Assembly: GCF_037042905.1 (NCBI RefSeq)
Contig: NC_087258.1
Coordinates: 13,454,001-13,518,000, forward strand
Length of the DNA: 64,000 nt
Direction: 5' to 3'
Source: Lytechinus pictus
Taxonomy: Eukaryota
This document shows positions 39,841-53,281 of this stretch, piece by piece (the stretch's first letter is position 1; each line of letters starts with the position of its first letter). Under the pieces are notes generated by a model. The model was not told where the DNA came from. It was given only the letters and a program-made list of their open reading frames with translations, and made no database searches. Both the position numbers and the translations under genes were made by a program.

Positions 39841-41038
39841 ATAAGGCTTGTCTGATCAAATAAAACAAACAATTTATGGTTGTTAATCTTGTTAATATTA
39901 AGCATTATTATGTTCAGCATGTTCAGGAAAGAGATCGTCAAACTGCTATGCTTAACAGAGGAATTAAGGGGGTGAGATAGAGATGAAAAAAAGTGTGGAG
40001 GAAAGAAAAGTAATTCAAACTTAACAAAGAGTACAGAATATACTCTGCAATCATTATAGGCAAAATTATTTTCTACCATTTTCTAGTCTGAAATTAGTGT
40101 ATTCTAGCCAAATTTAACTAGAAGTATTTACAATTGCATCCAGTTGACTCTTTCAAGTCAGGGATTTTGGGGTGTTGTTTTCAGTGTAAAAAAAATGTTG
40201 GAAAAGAAAAAAAAATTAAAAAAAACCCAAAAAGACAGAAAAGAGAGTAAAAAGCAGAAAAGAAAAGGAAGGGAAAAAATCAGAGACGAGTGAAGGAGAC
40301 TGGAGAAATAAGAAAGAGATGAGAAGAGATTAGCCAAAAAAGAAGGCAGTGGAAGGGAATTAGAAGGAAAAGAGCGAAAGGGGTAAATGAGAGAGTCATA
40401 TAACTAAGGGAAGAGAGGCGGAAGAAAGAGAAGAGTCATGGAAAAGTTAAAGAGGTGAAAAAAGTGATAGAGTCAGATAAAGCCAAAAGGTACAGATTCA
40501 GATAAAATCAATAGAAGAGTATGGGGGTGGAGCGAAGGGGAAAAGACCGAAAAGTCAAGAAAAGTGAAATCTACTAATGAATACTGCTGCCTTTTCAATG
40601 AAAATCACTGGACTGGACTCTGTTGTTTCCTGAATGATGCCCACATACTCATTTTCTTATCCCTCATGCTGACGCTGTGCCGAATATATATTCATTTTAA
40701 CATATATCTAATTGGCCATAATGGGAATACCCTTGCAAAAACTAGTTCCGCAAATCTCATTTAAGACCTAAAATGGAATGAAAATCCAAAAATAATCTGT
40801 AATTGGATGTTGAGCAGTCTCGATGGATCAATCGTTGAGGCTTAATATTGTGCAGGGAAACCTTAATTACTTTCCAATTATATTTTGTTATTTTCCGAGC
40901 CCTCATAATCATTACTGATAAAACAAAACTACAAGATTGTCACGTAAAGACACCATCATTCATGCATTAAGAATAGTTATCATGGTGGCGTGGGAGCCCA
41001 ATCAGAAATCATAATCGTCTGCATTAATTTGTCTTTAA

Positions 41039-41638
41039 AGGACAAGTCCACCCCAAAAATAGTTTATTTGAATAAAAAGAGAAAATTCCAACAAATATAA
41101 CACTGAAAATTTCATCAAAATTGGATGTAAAATAAGAAAGTTATGACATTTTAAAGTTTCGCTTAATTTCACAAAACAGTTATATGCACATCCTGGTCGG
41201 TATGCAAATGAGGAGACTGATGACATCATCCACTCACTATTTCTTTTGCATTTTATTATATGAAATATGAAATATTCTTATTTTCTCCTCATTGCCAAGT
41301 GAAACAACAATAATTCCTCCCTGAACATATGGAATTAGCATTGTTTAATACTATATAGTTCAGTCAAGTTGGTCCATATTGTCAAATTTGTAAAAAATGA
41401 AATATTGTATAATTCAGATAATAAAAACAAAAGAAATAGTGAGTTAGGAACATCATCGACTGTCTCATTTACATGTCACTGAGTTGTGCATATCACTGTT
41501 TTTTTAAAAATAGGCGAAACTTTAAAATGTCATAACTTTCTTATTTTACATCCGATTTTGATGAAATTTTCAGCATTATGCTAGTTTGATTTTTCTCTAG
41601 TTATTCCAATCAACATTTTCCTGCGGTGGACTTGACCT
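41039..41638. mobile_element. Kolobok-like MITE
   Basis: TTAA|AGGACAAGTCCACC...GGTGGACTTGACCT|TTAA. Confidence 0.8.
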
Positions 41639-41939
41639 TTAATAATGTGAACTGAACATAGGAATGATAGGGAACGACATATACAAATAGGGCAGCGTCA
41701 TAAGGGACAGTGGGCGACTGCCACATTAATTGATGCCAAAGTAATGAGATGAAACACGCAAAATGAAAAAATTAAAATAAAAGAAGGGGAGTGGATAAGA
41801 AAAAAAAGAGGGAAAGTCTAATAAAAAGGGAGAGGTTTGGTCGAGTATCTCTATATTACCCCTATAACTCAATTGAAAAAAAAAATGAGGTCACCATGCC
41901 CCCCCCCCCTAAAAATATCATAGTCCTGCGCCTGGATAC

Positions 41940-42170
41940 AAAGAAAAAGAAGAACAAGAATAAAAAAAAATAATAAGACGATGACGACGACGAAAAAGAA
42001 TGGAAAGGAAAAGAAAAGAGGAAGAATGGTAAAATAAAGGAAGAAGATGATGAGATGGAGGAGGAGGATCGGAATGAATAAGACGAAGAAAAGAAGAAGA
42101 AGACGAAGAAGAAAAAAAGAAAAAGTAGAAGAAGGGGGAGGAGAAGAAGGAGGAGGATGAGAAAATTAAT
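41940..42170. repeat. (GAA/GGA/GAC)-rich simple repeat
   Basis: Purine triplet repeats. Confidence 0.8.
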
Positions 42171-45100
42171 AATAACAAAGTAAGAAATGGAAATTGGTTC
42201 ACGCATTTTAACCATACTGAAACATTATACTAATTGCTTATCAAATTTCAATTTGCCTTGTTGTTGCACATGGCCGTACGCAGCGGGGGGGGGGGGGGCA
42301 GCTGCCTCCTCTCTCCCCCAGAAATTTTTTTACTGAAAATTTTCACAAAATTAACTTAAAGTGTGCACAAAATCCTTCAATTTCACTTCAGATATTGCAA
42401 AAGGGCCCCCATGACATTCAGGCTCGGTCGCTTCTGAGTTTCTTTAAAAAATATATATATATCAGCGTAAGGCCATCATGTGGTTGCAGATTTAACCGAT
42501 AAATATGTTCACCTCCTCCCTTTACCAAGAAAATTATACAGATATAGACGAGCTTGATCGAAATTATCAAAATATGGAAATGGTTGTCCGTGCACTGGCT
42601 TATGTGCAACATGAATATTTAACTGATCTATAATGACTGTCTGTGCAGAATAGTCAGTCAGAAATCTGCAAATGAACCAAAGATTGCAATTATCATTGGA
42701 AAGATAAAATGGTAAAGAAATAAAATGAATATTAAATAACCCACCAAACTCATATATTTGGTTGTAAGACAATCGTGGAAAAAAGTATCAATTTTGGTTG
42801 TACAAAATTAAAAAAAAAATAAAAAACATATATAAATGAGCATCAGTGTTTTATGATTTATCTTGCCTCATCGCTATCGGATTTCGGCAGACGAATTGAG
42901 GAGACGAACATTTGGCGCAAAACATGTTCCCGCCAAAATCATTCCAGTCACGGCTTCGCGAAGAGGCTGATCATGATCCGGAGTACACTCCCATACAAGT
43001 CCATTAGAGACTCTTCAACAAGAGTGTACCTACCCAGTCTGAATACAAATACTATTTATTCTATTCGTATGCGTGGTTTGAGATGAGGGTAGACCTAATG
43101 GCCAGTCGTGATGCGTATCAATGGGTGTACTACATCGTAGTCACAATGCATTTTTAATCCCGAATGTATCTTAAACTTATGTTACCATTTACACGCCATG
43201 TTTATTAATGTCATTATTGAATTGGATAATATGTAGAGGTAGACCTTGGTGAGTTAATTTCAAGGAATATGACTACGGGTAGCGCCGCGGCGGGACATTT
43301 TTATATGGGCAAGACGAATATAGGCTACATAATTTTGTTCTCAATTGAATGAAATGTGATACTGAATCACATGACCCACTTCTTTCTTTCTCTTCCCTTT
43401 TACTACTTTTTTTCTCCTCTTGTTTATACTTGGAAAATCGAAGGGGGTGGGAACGTGCTCCCTTGCTAAAATCTGTGGATTGTGCTCGTTTATTGGAAGT
43501 GCCCCCTTTATGATACTCAGTATGAAGTAAGACTCACTTGTTTTCATTTAATATTACACCCCTCTTTTATGAAACACATAATGAGCCCTTGGTTACATTT
43601 ATCCTTAAAATTAATGAAAGTATCATGTCTAAAATCAATATCTCAAATGAAATGTTCGAACTCATAAAAACAATTTGTATTAACTATATGAAAGTAAAAT
43701 AGTATGGCCCATTTTTCAGCAAACGATTTTGATTTTTCTTTATTTAATTTGTAAGACTTGAAAATATAGAGGACGACAAAGAAGGTATCGAGCGGCTTAC
43801 AAAATATTTCGAAAATATATAAAAGTAATAAAAGAGAGAAAATGAAAAGGGAATTTGCCGAACAAACGAATATTCTGAAAAAGAATGGCTCCTGTATTTG
43901 TAATGCCACTCTGTCGAGCTGTTTTCAGTCCGAAATAGTATCTTACAAAAGGTGTGTCCGTAACGTTCTTCAAAAAGTGTCGTCCGTGACATGGGATATC
44001 AGATCTCTTTTCTGCGGTCATTATCTTTCTCAATGAAAATTAAAGAATCGTGAATAATATCCACAAGTTATTACGTCAAACGATGTACTGCAATCGAATA
44101 AATTGGAGACAATGATTTCTGAGGGACGCATTGACTGGGACTGTGCCAAGAATAAATATCAATTCTATATTATGATTTCAAGAGCTTGAAATTTTTCATG
44201 CGGCGGTGTTACTAGCGCGAAGGGGACAGGGCGCGTGCCCCCCCCCCCCCCCCGAGCCAATTTTAAGGGGGTGCAAAAAGGGTAAAATGTGCAGAAGAAA
44301 TCCTTTGAAATGAAGAAAGGTGAACAGAGGGAAGGGGAAATGCTTATCATGCAAAACCAAAGAAGATACCAGCGTTAATGATTGGTAGGATTATGATTCC
44401 AGAGCTGCTCCCGCCCCGACTCGCCCACTCCCAGGCGTCAGATGTACGTTGGAGGGGTGCAAATCTAGCAATTGCCCACGGCGGATTTTCCCTACCACTG
44501 TCTGCATGCATGGATGATGATGGATTTCCCAACATTATTTTGAGCAGGGATTGGGTCAGATGGTTTACAGGGGCAATATGACGTAAGGGTGATGGTATAT
44601 GGGGCAATGCCACCTAAGAGTGACGTCATATTTTGTTTTCAATCGAATACAGTATCAGGGGTATTTTTTTATAAAGTTATTACACGACACACACCACTCT
44701 GTTTATATCTCTCTTTCTCCTCTCTTTCTTTTTTCTTCTTTCCTTTCTATTTTGATTGAAAAATAGGGGGTCGTCCTAAGCCCTATGTGGCGCCGCCCCA
44801 CCGCCCGAGACGCCTTATTCGAGACGCCTTTTCGTACACGTACTGCTAAAGGCAAAAAGAGAAGATGAATCCAAAATCCTGGTATTTCTCAAATGATGGA
44901 GAGGTCTCAGTGCGGGAGAACCTCATAAACATTGCACATGCAGTACTGCATCTCAGAAATTGCGAATGACAGCGCTCGGATGAAGCGCGCAAGGGACGAT
45001 CGTGTTCAATCCAAACCAGTGATCGAAGAAAAATGACCCAAACGTACTTTCTACACGCCGGTGGTCACGTGTCACTACAAATTGAATAACAAAATATGCA

Positions 45101-46144
45101 AATACACCTCGTGTCCAGGACTGGTGAATAAAAGTTAAATGCATTATGGTAAGTATCACAGTGATCATATTCCCCACAAAATGATATTTGCAGGTCAATA
45201 TACAGGATAGATTTCAAATACTGAATACTATATTAAGGTGTAGGACTATTTTTTTTTAAACGTCTTTTCAAGCCGAGGACTCCCCTTTATACAATGTCAT
45301 GTATATTGCATCTTCCTCTTCGCTTATAACTCCTCGTATCCATCTTCTTTCTTGTTCTCTATTTTCATTATTCCTCTTTTTCAACTTCTCTCCCTCTTCC
45401 TCTCTCTCGCACACCCATCCACTCGTCCTTAAACACACCCACCTTACACACATTGTCACACGGCTGGTAGAAGGGCACAAATTTCTCGCTAAGCAGAAGG
45501 GCGCACACACTAAATCCCATCTAACCTATGAAATATGAACTTATTTGAGCCCAAACTTAGATGAATGAATAAAGGGATGAAATGGAACACGCATAGTAAA
45601 TTTGGTTTGAAATAAGTTGATATTTTATAGGTTATATGGGATTTGGTGCGTGTGCCCTTCTGCTTGGCGGGAAATTGCGCCCTTCTGCCAGCCGTGCAAT
45701 GTCATTATCTCTCTTACCCACACACACTCTCTCTCTCTCTCATACACACCTCACAATTACCCTTTCTTCCCCGCTCTCTATATTTGTACACTTTACCCTT
45801 TCTTCTTTTCTTTCTCTTCCTCCCTCACCCGTTCTCTCTCCTATTCTCTCTATACTCCCACTTATCTTCTTTCGAATATCCAACGCTCATCCCTTAACAA
45901 GCAGAGCTCTACAATCATCGCTCCTGAAAACTAGTCATGTATAATATCAGTTTTAAAAGAATGTACCCAGCCAGTTAGCCATAACAAATTATAAACATGG
46001 AGAACATAAAATTAATTTCATTGGAAAATTTTATTTAGATGTGGTTTCCTGCACATGTACATCAATTTGAGTCTTGATGAAAGACTTGACTTCTTATATT
46101 GTATAATACACACAGTGATTTAAAATCATCAACAATTGTATATG

Positions 46145-46386
46145 CACTGCAAAAACTCTGGTGTTGATTTAACGCCAGCCCGAAATCTATATATGTCCAC
46201 ACCAGAGATGTATTGAAACAACACCAGTTTGGAATCAAACCAATGCTGTTTAAATACTAATTGGTGTTGTATAAACACCTATCTGGTGTTAGACCAAAAC
46301 GAAACTGGTGTTGTTTAACACTTCTCTGGTGTGGACATATATAGATTCCGGGCTGGTATTAAATCAACACCAGAGTTTTTGCCGTG
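46145..46386. mobile_element. EnSpm/CACTA-type MITE, same family as 23282, inverted
   Basis: CACTGC...GCCGTG termini, 2-bp TSD TG. Confidence 0.8.
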
Positions 46387-47755
46387 TGCATACCAAATCC
46401 ACAAAGGGAAAACAAATAATGTCCATAAATGGAGATTATCATAAAATAATGGCAGTACTATGGAAGAGAGAGAGAGGACAGACAGACAAACAGACAGACA
46501 GACAGGGAGGGGGAAAGGGAGAGGGGGGATGGGGAGCAATGGGGTAACATACAATTATCGTAGTGTGGTTACAAAAAAGACACACGAAGTTCGATCTTTT
46601 AAAGAAAATATCCATCTCAAATAACTGTCAAGTTATTATACTTATTGCATACAAGGAATTATTTGTATGGATACCTGGAAGAAGTTGAACAAATATAATG
46701 AATTTATCCCTGAACATTAAGTCACTACACAAATTCATTCATCATTTTGGCACTCTTCAGTACTCATGTATAACAATGAAATGTTAGTATTAGCAAACTA
46801 GTTACAAAATTGATATGACAAGCAATATACAAACAAAATAAAAATAGCAAAATAAATCTGTCGTATGCCTTCTGTCAAGTGTAATTAGAGGTAAAAAATA
46901 TACATAAAGCTGAAAGAATAAAAAGGACGTATTTTCATACCAAGTAATCAGACTTAATTAGCGGAACAAATTAAATACTTGACATTTGAGTATGCATTAA
47001 CTTTATTTCATAGTACTTGACCATTGAGCAATCAATTATTAATCTTATTACTTGTTAACTAATTAATAAAAGTCAATTGATATTGACAAGAAAGTAAGTA
47101 GTCTCAAGCACAAGTAATTCAATGAAATGAACATCTGAGTTTTATTGACTCTCAAAAAACTTCTCTTTCAATGTCTGAAAGAAGATCTTTCATTGTCTAT
47201 TATTATTAATCTTATGACTAAATGTTTTAACTGAACACAAATTTCTTTTAAAACTTTAAAGGCTATGTTTCCAGGAAATCTTACAATTTTTACATTGAAT
47301 CCATTTAAGTACTTGAGGAAGATATTGTATTAATCATATTTTTATAAGTATACAATTCTAACAATTATTAATTCATGGAATGAAACTTTTTTTTACATAA
47401 AAAGATTCTTTTTAAAAAGTCATAAGTGATCTGTATATGAGCATGAAAAAAGAAGAAAAAATTAAAATGGACTAAAAAGGAATTTAAAGGGAAATGGTGA
47501 AAAGATCATTATTATTATTACGACTATGTTTATTTTTATTATCATTAAATGCTACAAAATTATAATGCAGACCTGCATTGTCACAAATCCTAGGTTGTAC
47601 AAGTGATTCATTTCAATACAGGGCTGTATTTTTCTATTCTGATGTAGACAAATCAGAGCTGTATCAAACATTGCAGAATGTGGCAGAGTAATCAAACTTA
47701 GCTCAACAGACAAAACCCCAGAGTGAACCCATGGATTAAATGATTTAAAGTTTAA

Positions 47756-48340
47756 AGGTCAAGTCCACCCCAGAAAAAATATTGATTTGAATCAATAGAG
47801 AAAAATTGAACAAGCATAACGCTGGATACTTCATCAAAATCGGATGTAGAATAAGAAAGTTATTACATTTTAAAGTTTTGCTAATTTTTCACAAAATAGT
47901 TATATGAACAAGCTAGTGACATGCAAACAAGAAAGTTGATGATGTCCATCACTCACTATTTCTTTTTGTTGGTTTTAGTTTAAATCACTCAATATTGCAA
48001 TTTTGACAGATTTGTCAACAGGGGCCAACTTGACTGAACCGTAAAATGTAAAACAATGGTAATTCCACATGTTAAGAAATAAAACTTTCTTTCACATGAC
48101 AATGATGGGAAAATTAGAATATTTCATATGATAAAATATAAAATAAATAGTGAGTGGATGACATCATCAGTTCCCTCATTTGCATACAGACCAGGATGGG
48201 CATATAACTGTTTTGTGAAATAAATGGAAATTTCATAACTTTCTTATTTTACATCCAATATTGATGAAATTTTCAGTGTAATGCTTGTTGGACTTTTCTC
48301 GTTTTATCAAAAACAACCTTTGTTGGGGTGGACTTGTCGT
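47756..48340. mobile_element. Kolobok-like MITE
   Basis: TTAA|AGGTCAAGTCCACCCC...GGGGTGGACTTGTCGT|TTAA. Confidence 0.8.
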
Positions 48341-48782
48341 TTAAGGAACATCTTTCTGAGTATGCACCCATATTTTGAATGCCAAAGATCAAAGCTGCTG
48401 TACTTATTTGAGCTCTTTCACGAAAAAGATAACAGAGAGCCCTGGAGGGTCCGCCTCCACTGTCGAGTGGATATCATCCGTGTCCTTGGGGTTTCAAAAA
48501 GCACCCTAAACAAGTAATTTCCATGTTCTGAAACCTTATCCTTATAGGAAAACAAAACAGTACCCTTGACAAGTATCCCCTTAATTTGACCCCCTTAATA
48601 AGAATAGCAATAGTTTAACAGCACCAGCAATCCTTTTCTCAAATGTGTATGCACATTTGAGTTACAATTACATCAGAGAAGCAAACTAAACAAACAACTG
48701 ATGAGTAAGTTTGCAATTAAATTTGTATTTGATTTGATTCCATGAAGATGGGATGAATCACTTCAAGAAATTTCATGACTAA

Positions 48783-49783
48783 GGGTGTGTTTATGCTTCC
48801 ATTGCGAGGACAGAATCAGCGTTTTTTCAAATGTCGTTTCAGAACGCCGATCGTAAACGTGGTTCTGGGGTGCTGTTTATACTTAACTTTTCAGAGGCGA
48901 AATCACGATCTCCAGCTGGCTTCACATCGTAATTTTCGTTGAACAGGAAAGCGAGATCAAATTGGGCGCGCCCTTATTCGAAAGTTTTTTTTTTTTCGAG
49001 TGTTGTTATGGTCGTCTATTATTTAACCCTTTCCACGCATACTTCGCACCAATGCACACTCGTGCCGTGCGAACTTCGCATTTCACACTCAACAAACAAT
49101 GCATTGTTTCCCTCCCTGAAAATAATTCAGTACAGATGGGTTCATGGTCCAGCGCACAAAGAGTTAAACATCGAAAAATATCCGATATTTTAGTAATTCC
49201 ATGGAGCTACTTGACATAGCCATAGAATTTCCACCATGGTGATGATAATAGTGAGACAAAATAAAGAATATTAAAGTAGACATAAGGAAATAATAAGACA
49301 TCTATTTGTTTATGCTTCTGGCTCAGCGATGTCTCCTCATCATAATTCATGTTCCGGGATTTTTTTGTAAATCCCTCAACATTCATGGTGATTACAAATT
49401 AGAAGAGTATAGTGATAGTACTTAAATCAATAATCACACATGCAAATGTACATTGGTCATTATCAGAAACAGGGAGATGAGAGGCAATTCCGTGGAGGTA
49501 AATAGAACCATGCGACTGTATTTGCCCGCGGATTTTCATCTCACCGGAAGCATGTACCAAATGACGTCATTGAAACACATTTACGATCGTGGTTCTGTTT
49601 ATACTTCCCCAGAAACCCTGATTCTGGTCAAACGATGTATTGAAACGTACCTTTTTGTGAGTTTACGATCGGCATTCTGAAACGTTGTTTAAATGAAAGT
49701 AAGCATGGACACAACCGTGTTTTGGACTAATCACGTATGGAAACGCTGATTCTGGCCTGAAAAGTGGAAGCATAAACACGCCC
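48783..49783. mobile_element. PIF/Harbinger-type non-autonomous element
   Basis: GGGTGTGTTTATGCTTCCA...TGGAAGCATAAACACGCCC TIRs; TAA TSD on both sides. Confidence 0.8.
49027..49163. mobile_element. piggyBac-like mini element
   Basis: TTAA|CCCTTT...AAAGAG|TTAA with imperfect TIRs. Confidence 0.45.
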
Positions 49784-50826
49784 TAAGTTTTTGGTTTTAT
49801 ATTCTGCACCATACTGAGTGTACTCCTTTAAAGGAGTATGTGTATTTGTGCACGCATGTGATAGAGTATAGTGTAGTAATATTACAAAATTGCTTGCCAC
49901 ATACCCCTTTTTATAATCATCGCTTCCCTGGGGTCTCCGAACCATCTATGTACTATTTGCTTTTTTATCACTATGTGAATCCCTTTTTATACTTTTGATG
50001 GTTGAATAAATGAATTGAATACGTGATCATGTACGTTGCATCATAGGGCCGGCGCGGCCGGACATACGTCGGCTTTACCTTTACTTACATTGGGTTTAGT
50101 ACCGCCCCATGTCCCAAACCTCGCTCAAATCAGACGCTAAACATGTAATGTTGCCACAAAAAGTACATTGTTTATAAAGCGTTTTAGTCTTTTTATACCC
50201 TCGCAAATTGGGCCATAAACACATAGCTTTCCTAGCAAAATATATACCCTTTTTCAGTATTTTAGTGTTTTTGACACCCTTATCATGTTACATACATAAC
50301 ATTCCTAATCTTGAAAAGGAGACGCTTTTTACATGTTTCTTTGAGCATGATATCCACTCGTCAATGGAGGCACCCCTATATTTCAGCATAAATGAGAGAA
50401 ATTTAAAAGGGTACAAAACTTTCCAGTTACCTGTGGATTTGGATAGACTTGGAATAATCTGCACACAATTTGGCACGCATCTCTGATTATCAAAGTCCAA
50501 TTACTCCAAGGCAGACCTAGCATACTCTTTTCATAAGGAAATTCCATGGCGATTTAGCTTAGAAATTCCACTCAGAAATTGAATATAAATATTTCAGGGC
50601 TTAATGAAAATATTCCATCAAGTTCAAGTTCCTCCAATATAACAAAAGTTACAGGTTAATAGAATGGACTTTGCTTTCATCATTGCTTAGCATCTGCAAG
50701 AGATGTAACCCCAGAATCAATATGCAAATTATTCTCAATATTCCACACAATATTAATGAGGGCATTGCTTTACAGACCAACCTTACGACCTTTGACCTTG
50801 GCTCGTGATTCCACAACCTCTCTGTT

Positions 50827-50928
50827 TTACTGTGTAAAGTCGCTCCTGATACGGCCTGTGCTTATTCTTGCTAACATGCTGTATGGGTAGGGTAGGGCTA
50901 CAGCACTGGCCTCATTCAGCCGCTTCAT
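50827..50928 (-). CDS. Aldo-keto reductase alternative terminal exon G2 (distal)
   Basis: ttttttcttgtcatcag|ATG...TAA, 102 nt. Encodes MKRLNEASAVALPYPYSMLARISTGRIRSDFTQ*. Confidence 0.85.
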   Translation of the reverse strand: MKRLNEASAVALPYPYSMLARISTGRIRSDFTQ

Positions 50929-51119
50929 CTGATGACAAGAAAAAACACATACAAATAAAACCAAAAAAACAAAAAACATTAATACTTGAATAATTCATCT
51001 CAGCTTGGTATTGAAGAAGATATATTTGAAATGTTTTTACAGGTATTCTTTGTAGGAAATGAGATGTGCTGATTGATTGTTTCATCCAATAATACAAATT
51101 ATTGAAGAAATATTGATAG

Positions 51120-51290
51120 NNNNNNNNNNNNNNNNNNNNNNNNNNNNNNNNNNNNNNNNNNNNNNNNNNNNNNNNNNNNNNNNNNNNNNNNNNNNNNNNN
51201 NNNNNNNNNNNNNNNNNNNNNNNNNNNNNNNNNNNNNNNNNNNNNNNNNNNNNNNNNNNNNNNNNNNNNNNNNNNNNNNNNNNNNNNNNN
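51120..51290. other. Assembly gap (171 N)
   Basis: N run flanked on both sides by a similar ~45-bp sequence. Confidence 0.99.
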
Positions 51291-51640
51291 AATTGTTTAA
51301 TCCAATGATACAAACTATTGAAGAAATATTGATAGATGGATGGATGGATGAATGAATGAGTGAATGATAAATGAATGAATGAATGATTAGACGAAAGAAT
51401 GATATTCCAGGTTTGGTGGGAGAAAGTTGCCATCTCCCCCCCCCCACCACCACAAAATACACTTTTTAATCAAATTCAATGGATGTTAGGATGGAATTTG
51501 CCTTCATTGTGGCCATGCATCTTCACGAAAGTATCCCAGAATAAAACGATGACTCTATTATAAATTTTACAGAATTTATGAGGACTATGCTCATCCACAC
51601 CTGTGTATGATATGTGTAATATGAAACCCATCCATGTGCA

Positions 51641-51742
51641 TTACTGTGTACAATCGGTCCTGGGACGGTCCTTGCCTACTTTAGCTATTGTGCAGTAAGG
51701 ATATGGATGCGAAACAGCGCTAGCCTTATTTAGCCGTTTCAT
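51641..51742 (-). CDS. Aldo-keto reductase alternative terminal exon G1 (proximal)
   Basis: gatag|ATG...TAA, 102 nt, phase 0 after exon F. Encodes MKRLNKASAVSHPYPYCTIAKVGKDRPRTDCTQ*; ATTAAA on the - strand near 51465-51470. Confidence 0.8.
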   Translation of the reverse strand: MKRLNKASAVSHPYPYCTIAKVGKDRPRTDCTQ

Positions 51743-52409
51743 CTATCATCAGGTCACAAATAAAACAAGCATATTAGGTAAAATCGGATTAAGAATAATT
51801 TTTTTTTATACTGGGCACCCAGACACAATAGCACAGAGGCTTTCAATCAGTAACTAAGTTGTACTGGCCAATCGAGATCATTGTAGCATGCACATTTCGT
51901 TCAAACCTCTAACCCAGAACCAATCAGAATTGATCTTTCATATTCATCGCAAACCTTTGCATTGTTGGGATCTGAAGTATTTTTAGTGGTGTTCTGTGAA
52001 AGAAATCAGATTTACTGCTTTATTGTTGAAGGAATGAATGAATCAATCAATTAATGAAGGAACAAATGAAGAAATGAACAGACAAATAAAGGCACAATGA
52101 TATGATATGTCAAACGATTCTTGGGTTATCGCGGGAACAAGGCATCAAAGGTATATATTGGCCTCTGTGACCTTCAACCTTTGAACTCCATACCCCTTAA
52201 ACTAAGCAGTTCCTTGTCACTCCCATATACATGATCAAAATATGAAGTCAATTTGTCAAATAATTATTGAGTAATCGTGAGAACAGGATGGATTGACAAC
52301 CTGGAAACATAATGCCTCCAACACCATCTACGGTGGACAGACGCATAATAACAATTACCAAGATCAACTCTTCAGAATTACTTCAACACACAAATATTTA
52401 AAGGATTTG

Positions 52410-52985
52410 GGGATATTTGACAAAGAGTTAAGTGTGACTTATTTGCTTTTCACAATGCACATATTTTCCTTAACCCCCCAAAATTGGTGGGGCTAAGCTC
52501 AGCCCACTTCCTTTGGTTTCACACTACATTTTAGCAAAACGGGCTAGCATGGTAAATAGTAAGGTACTATCTGGCCCAGCAAGAAAGCAGGTTAGCCAGC
52601 TTATTGCAATGCTAAGAGATGCAGTGTGAAACGAAACAAGGCTAAGGAAAAGTGGGGCTAAGCATTAGCCAATCACAAAAGTCAAAATTGCACGTTAATC
52701 ACGCTCTGTGTGGCAAAATCATAAATATTCATGAGCTTTGTGCGATAGACTCGGGTTAAGGCCTTAACCCCGGCTAAGCAGTATGGGGTTAAGAAAGAAG
52801 TGTGAAACAAAAAAAAAGATAGTATGGGGTTAAGGAAATGCAGTGTAAAAAGCATATTACAGTTATGCTTACACGCTGACTGGCACATGATATGTAACAC
52901 GCAATCTTATTTATAACAAATTGCACGCCTGATTTGCCTTTTATACGACTCTAAGTCACACTTAACACTTTGTGAAACACCTCCC
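52410..52985. mobile_element. MITE with a probable nested insertion (~52445-52860)
   Basis: Outer inverted caaagagttaagtgtgactta / taagtcacacttaacactttg; interior has ttaacccc/ggggttaag and tttcaca/tgtgaaa inverted motifs. Confidence 0.5.
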
Positions 52986-53141
52986 TGAGTCTTCCAATAC
53001 AACACCCTAATCCTTCATTGGCCTCTCATCCTAATCCCTTTACATTGAAAGCACCCAAATACATAATACCCCCATCGTCCCCTCCCCCTCTTTAGGTCAA
53101 TATATTATGTTGTAACCCTAAATTGGTATTCTACAAAGTAC

Positions 53142-53281
53142 CTGTTGGTCAGTAAGTTCCCATCCTGCGGAAGCACCCATGTTGTTGTTGAGCTGGTCTA
53201 ATGTCTTCACTCCGATGATGACGGAGCACACAGCTTCTTTCTGTAGCAGCCATCGTAGGGCCACTTGGCTGACAGTCTTAC
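53142..53281 (-). CDS. Aldo-keto reductase exon F
   Basis: ttgtag|GT...CAG|gtactt, 140 nt. Encodes (G)KTVSQVALRWLLQKEAVCSVIIGVKTLDQLNNNMGASAGWELTDQQ (QVALxW and cofactor-binding region). Confidence 0.93.

Larger units (their letters stand above)
48440..50376. mobile_element. Unclassified TIR element hosting nested insertions
   Basis: Inverted ends gcctccactgtcgagtggatatcat (~48453) and atgatatccactcgtcaatggaggc (~50347-50371). Confidence 0.6.
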
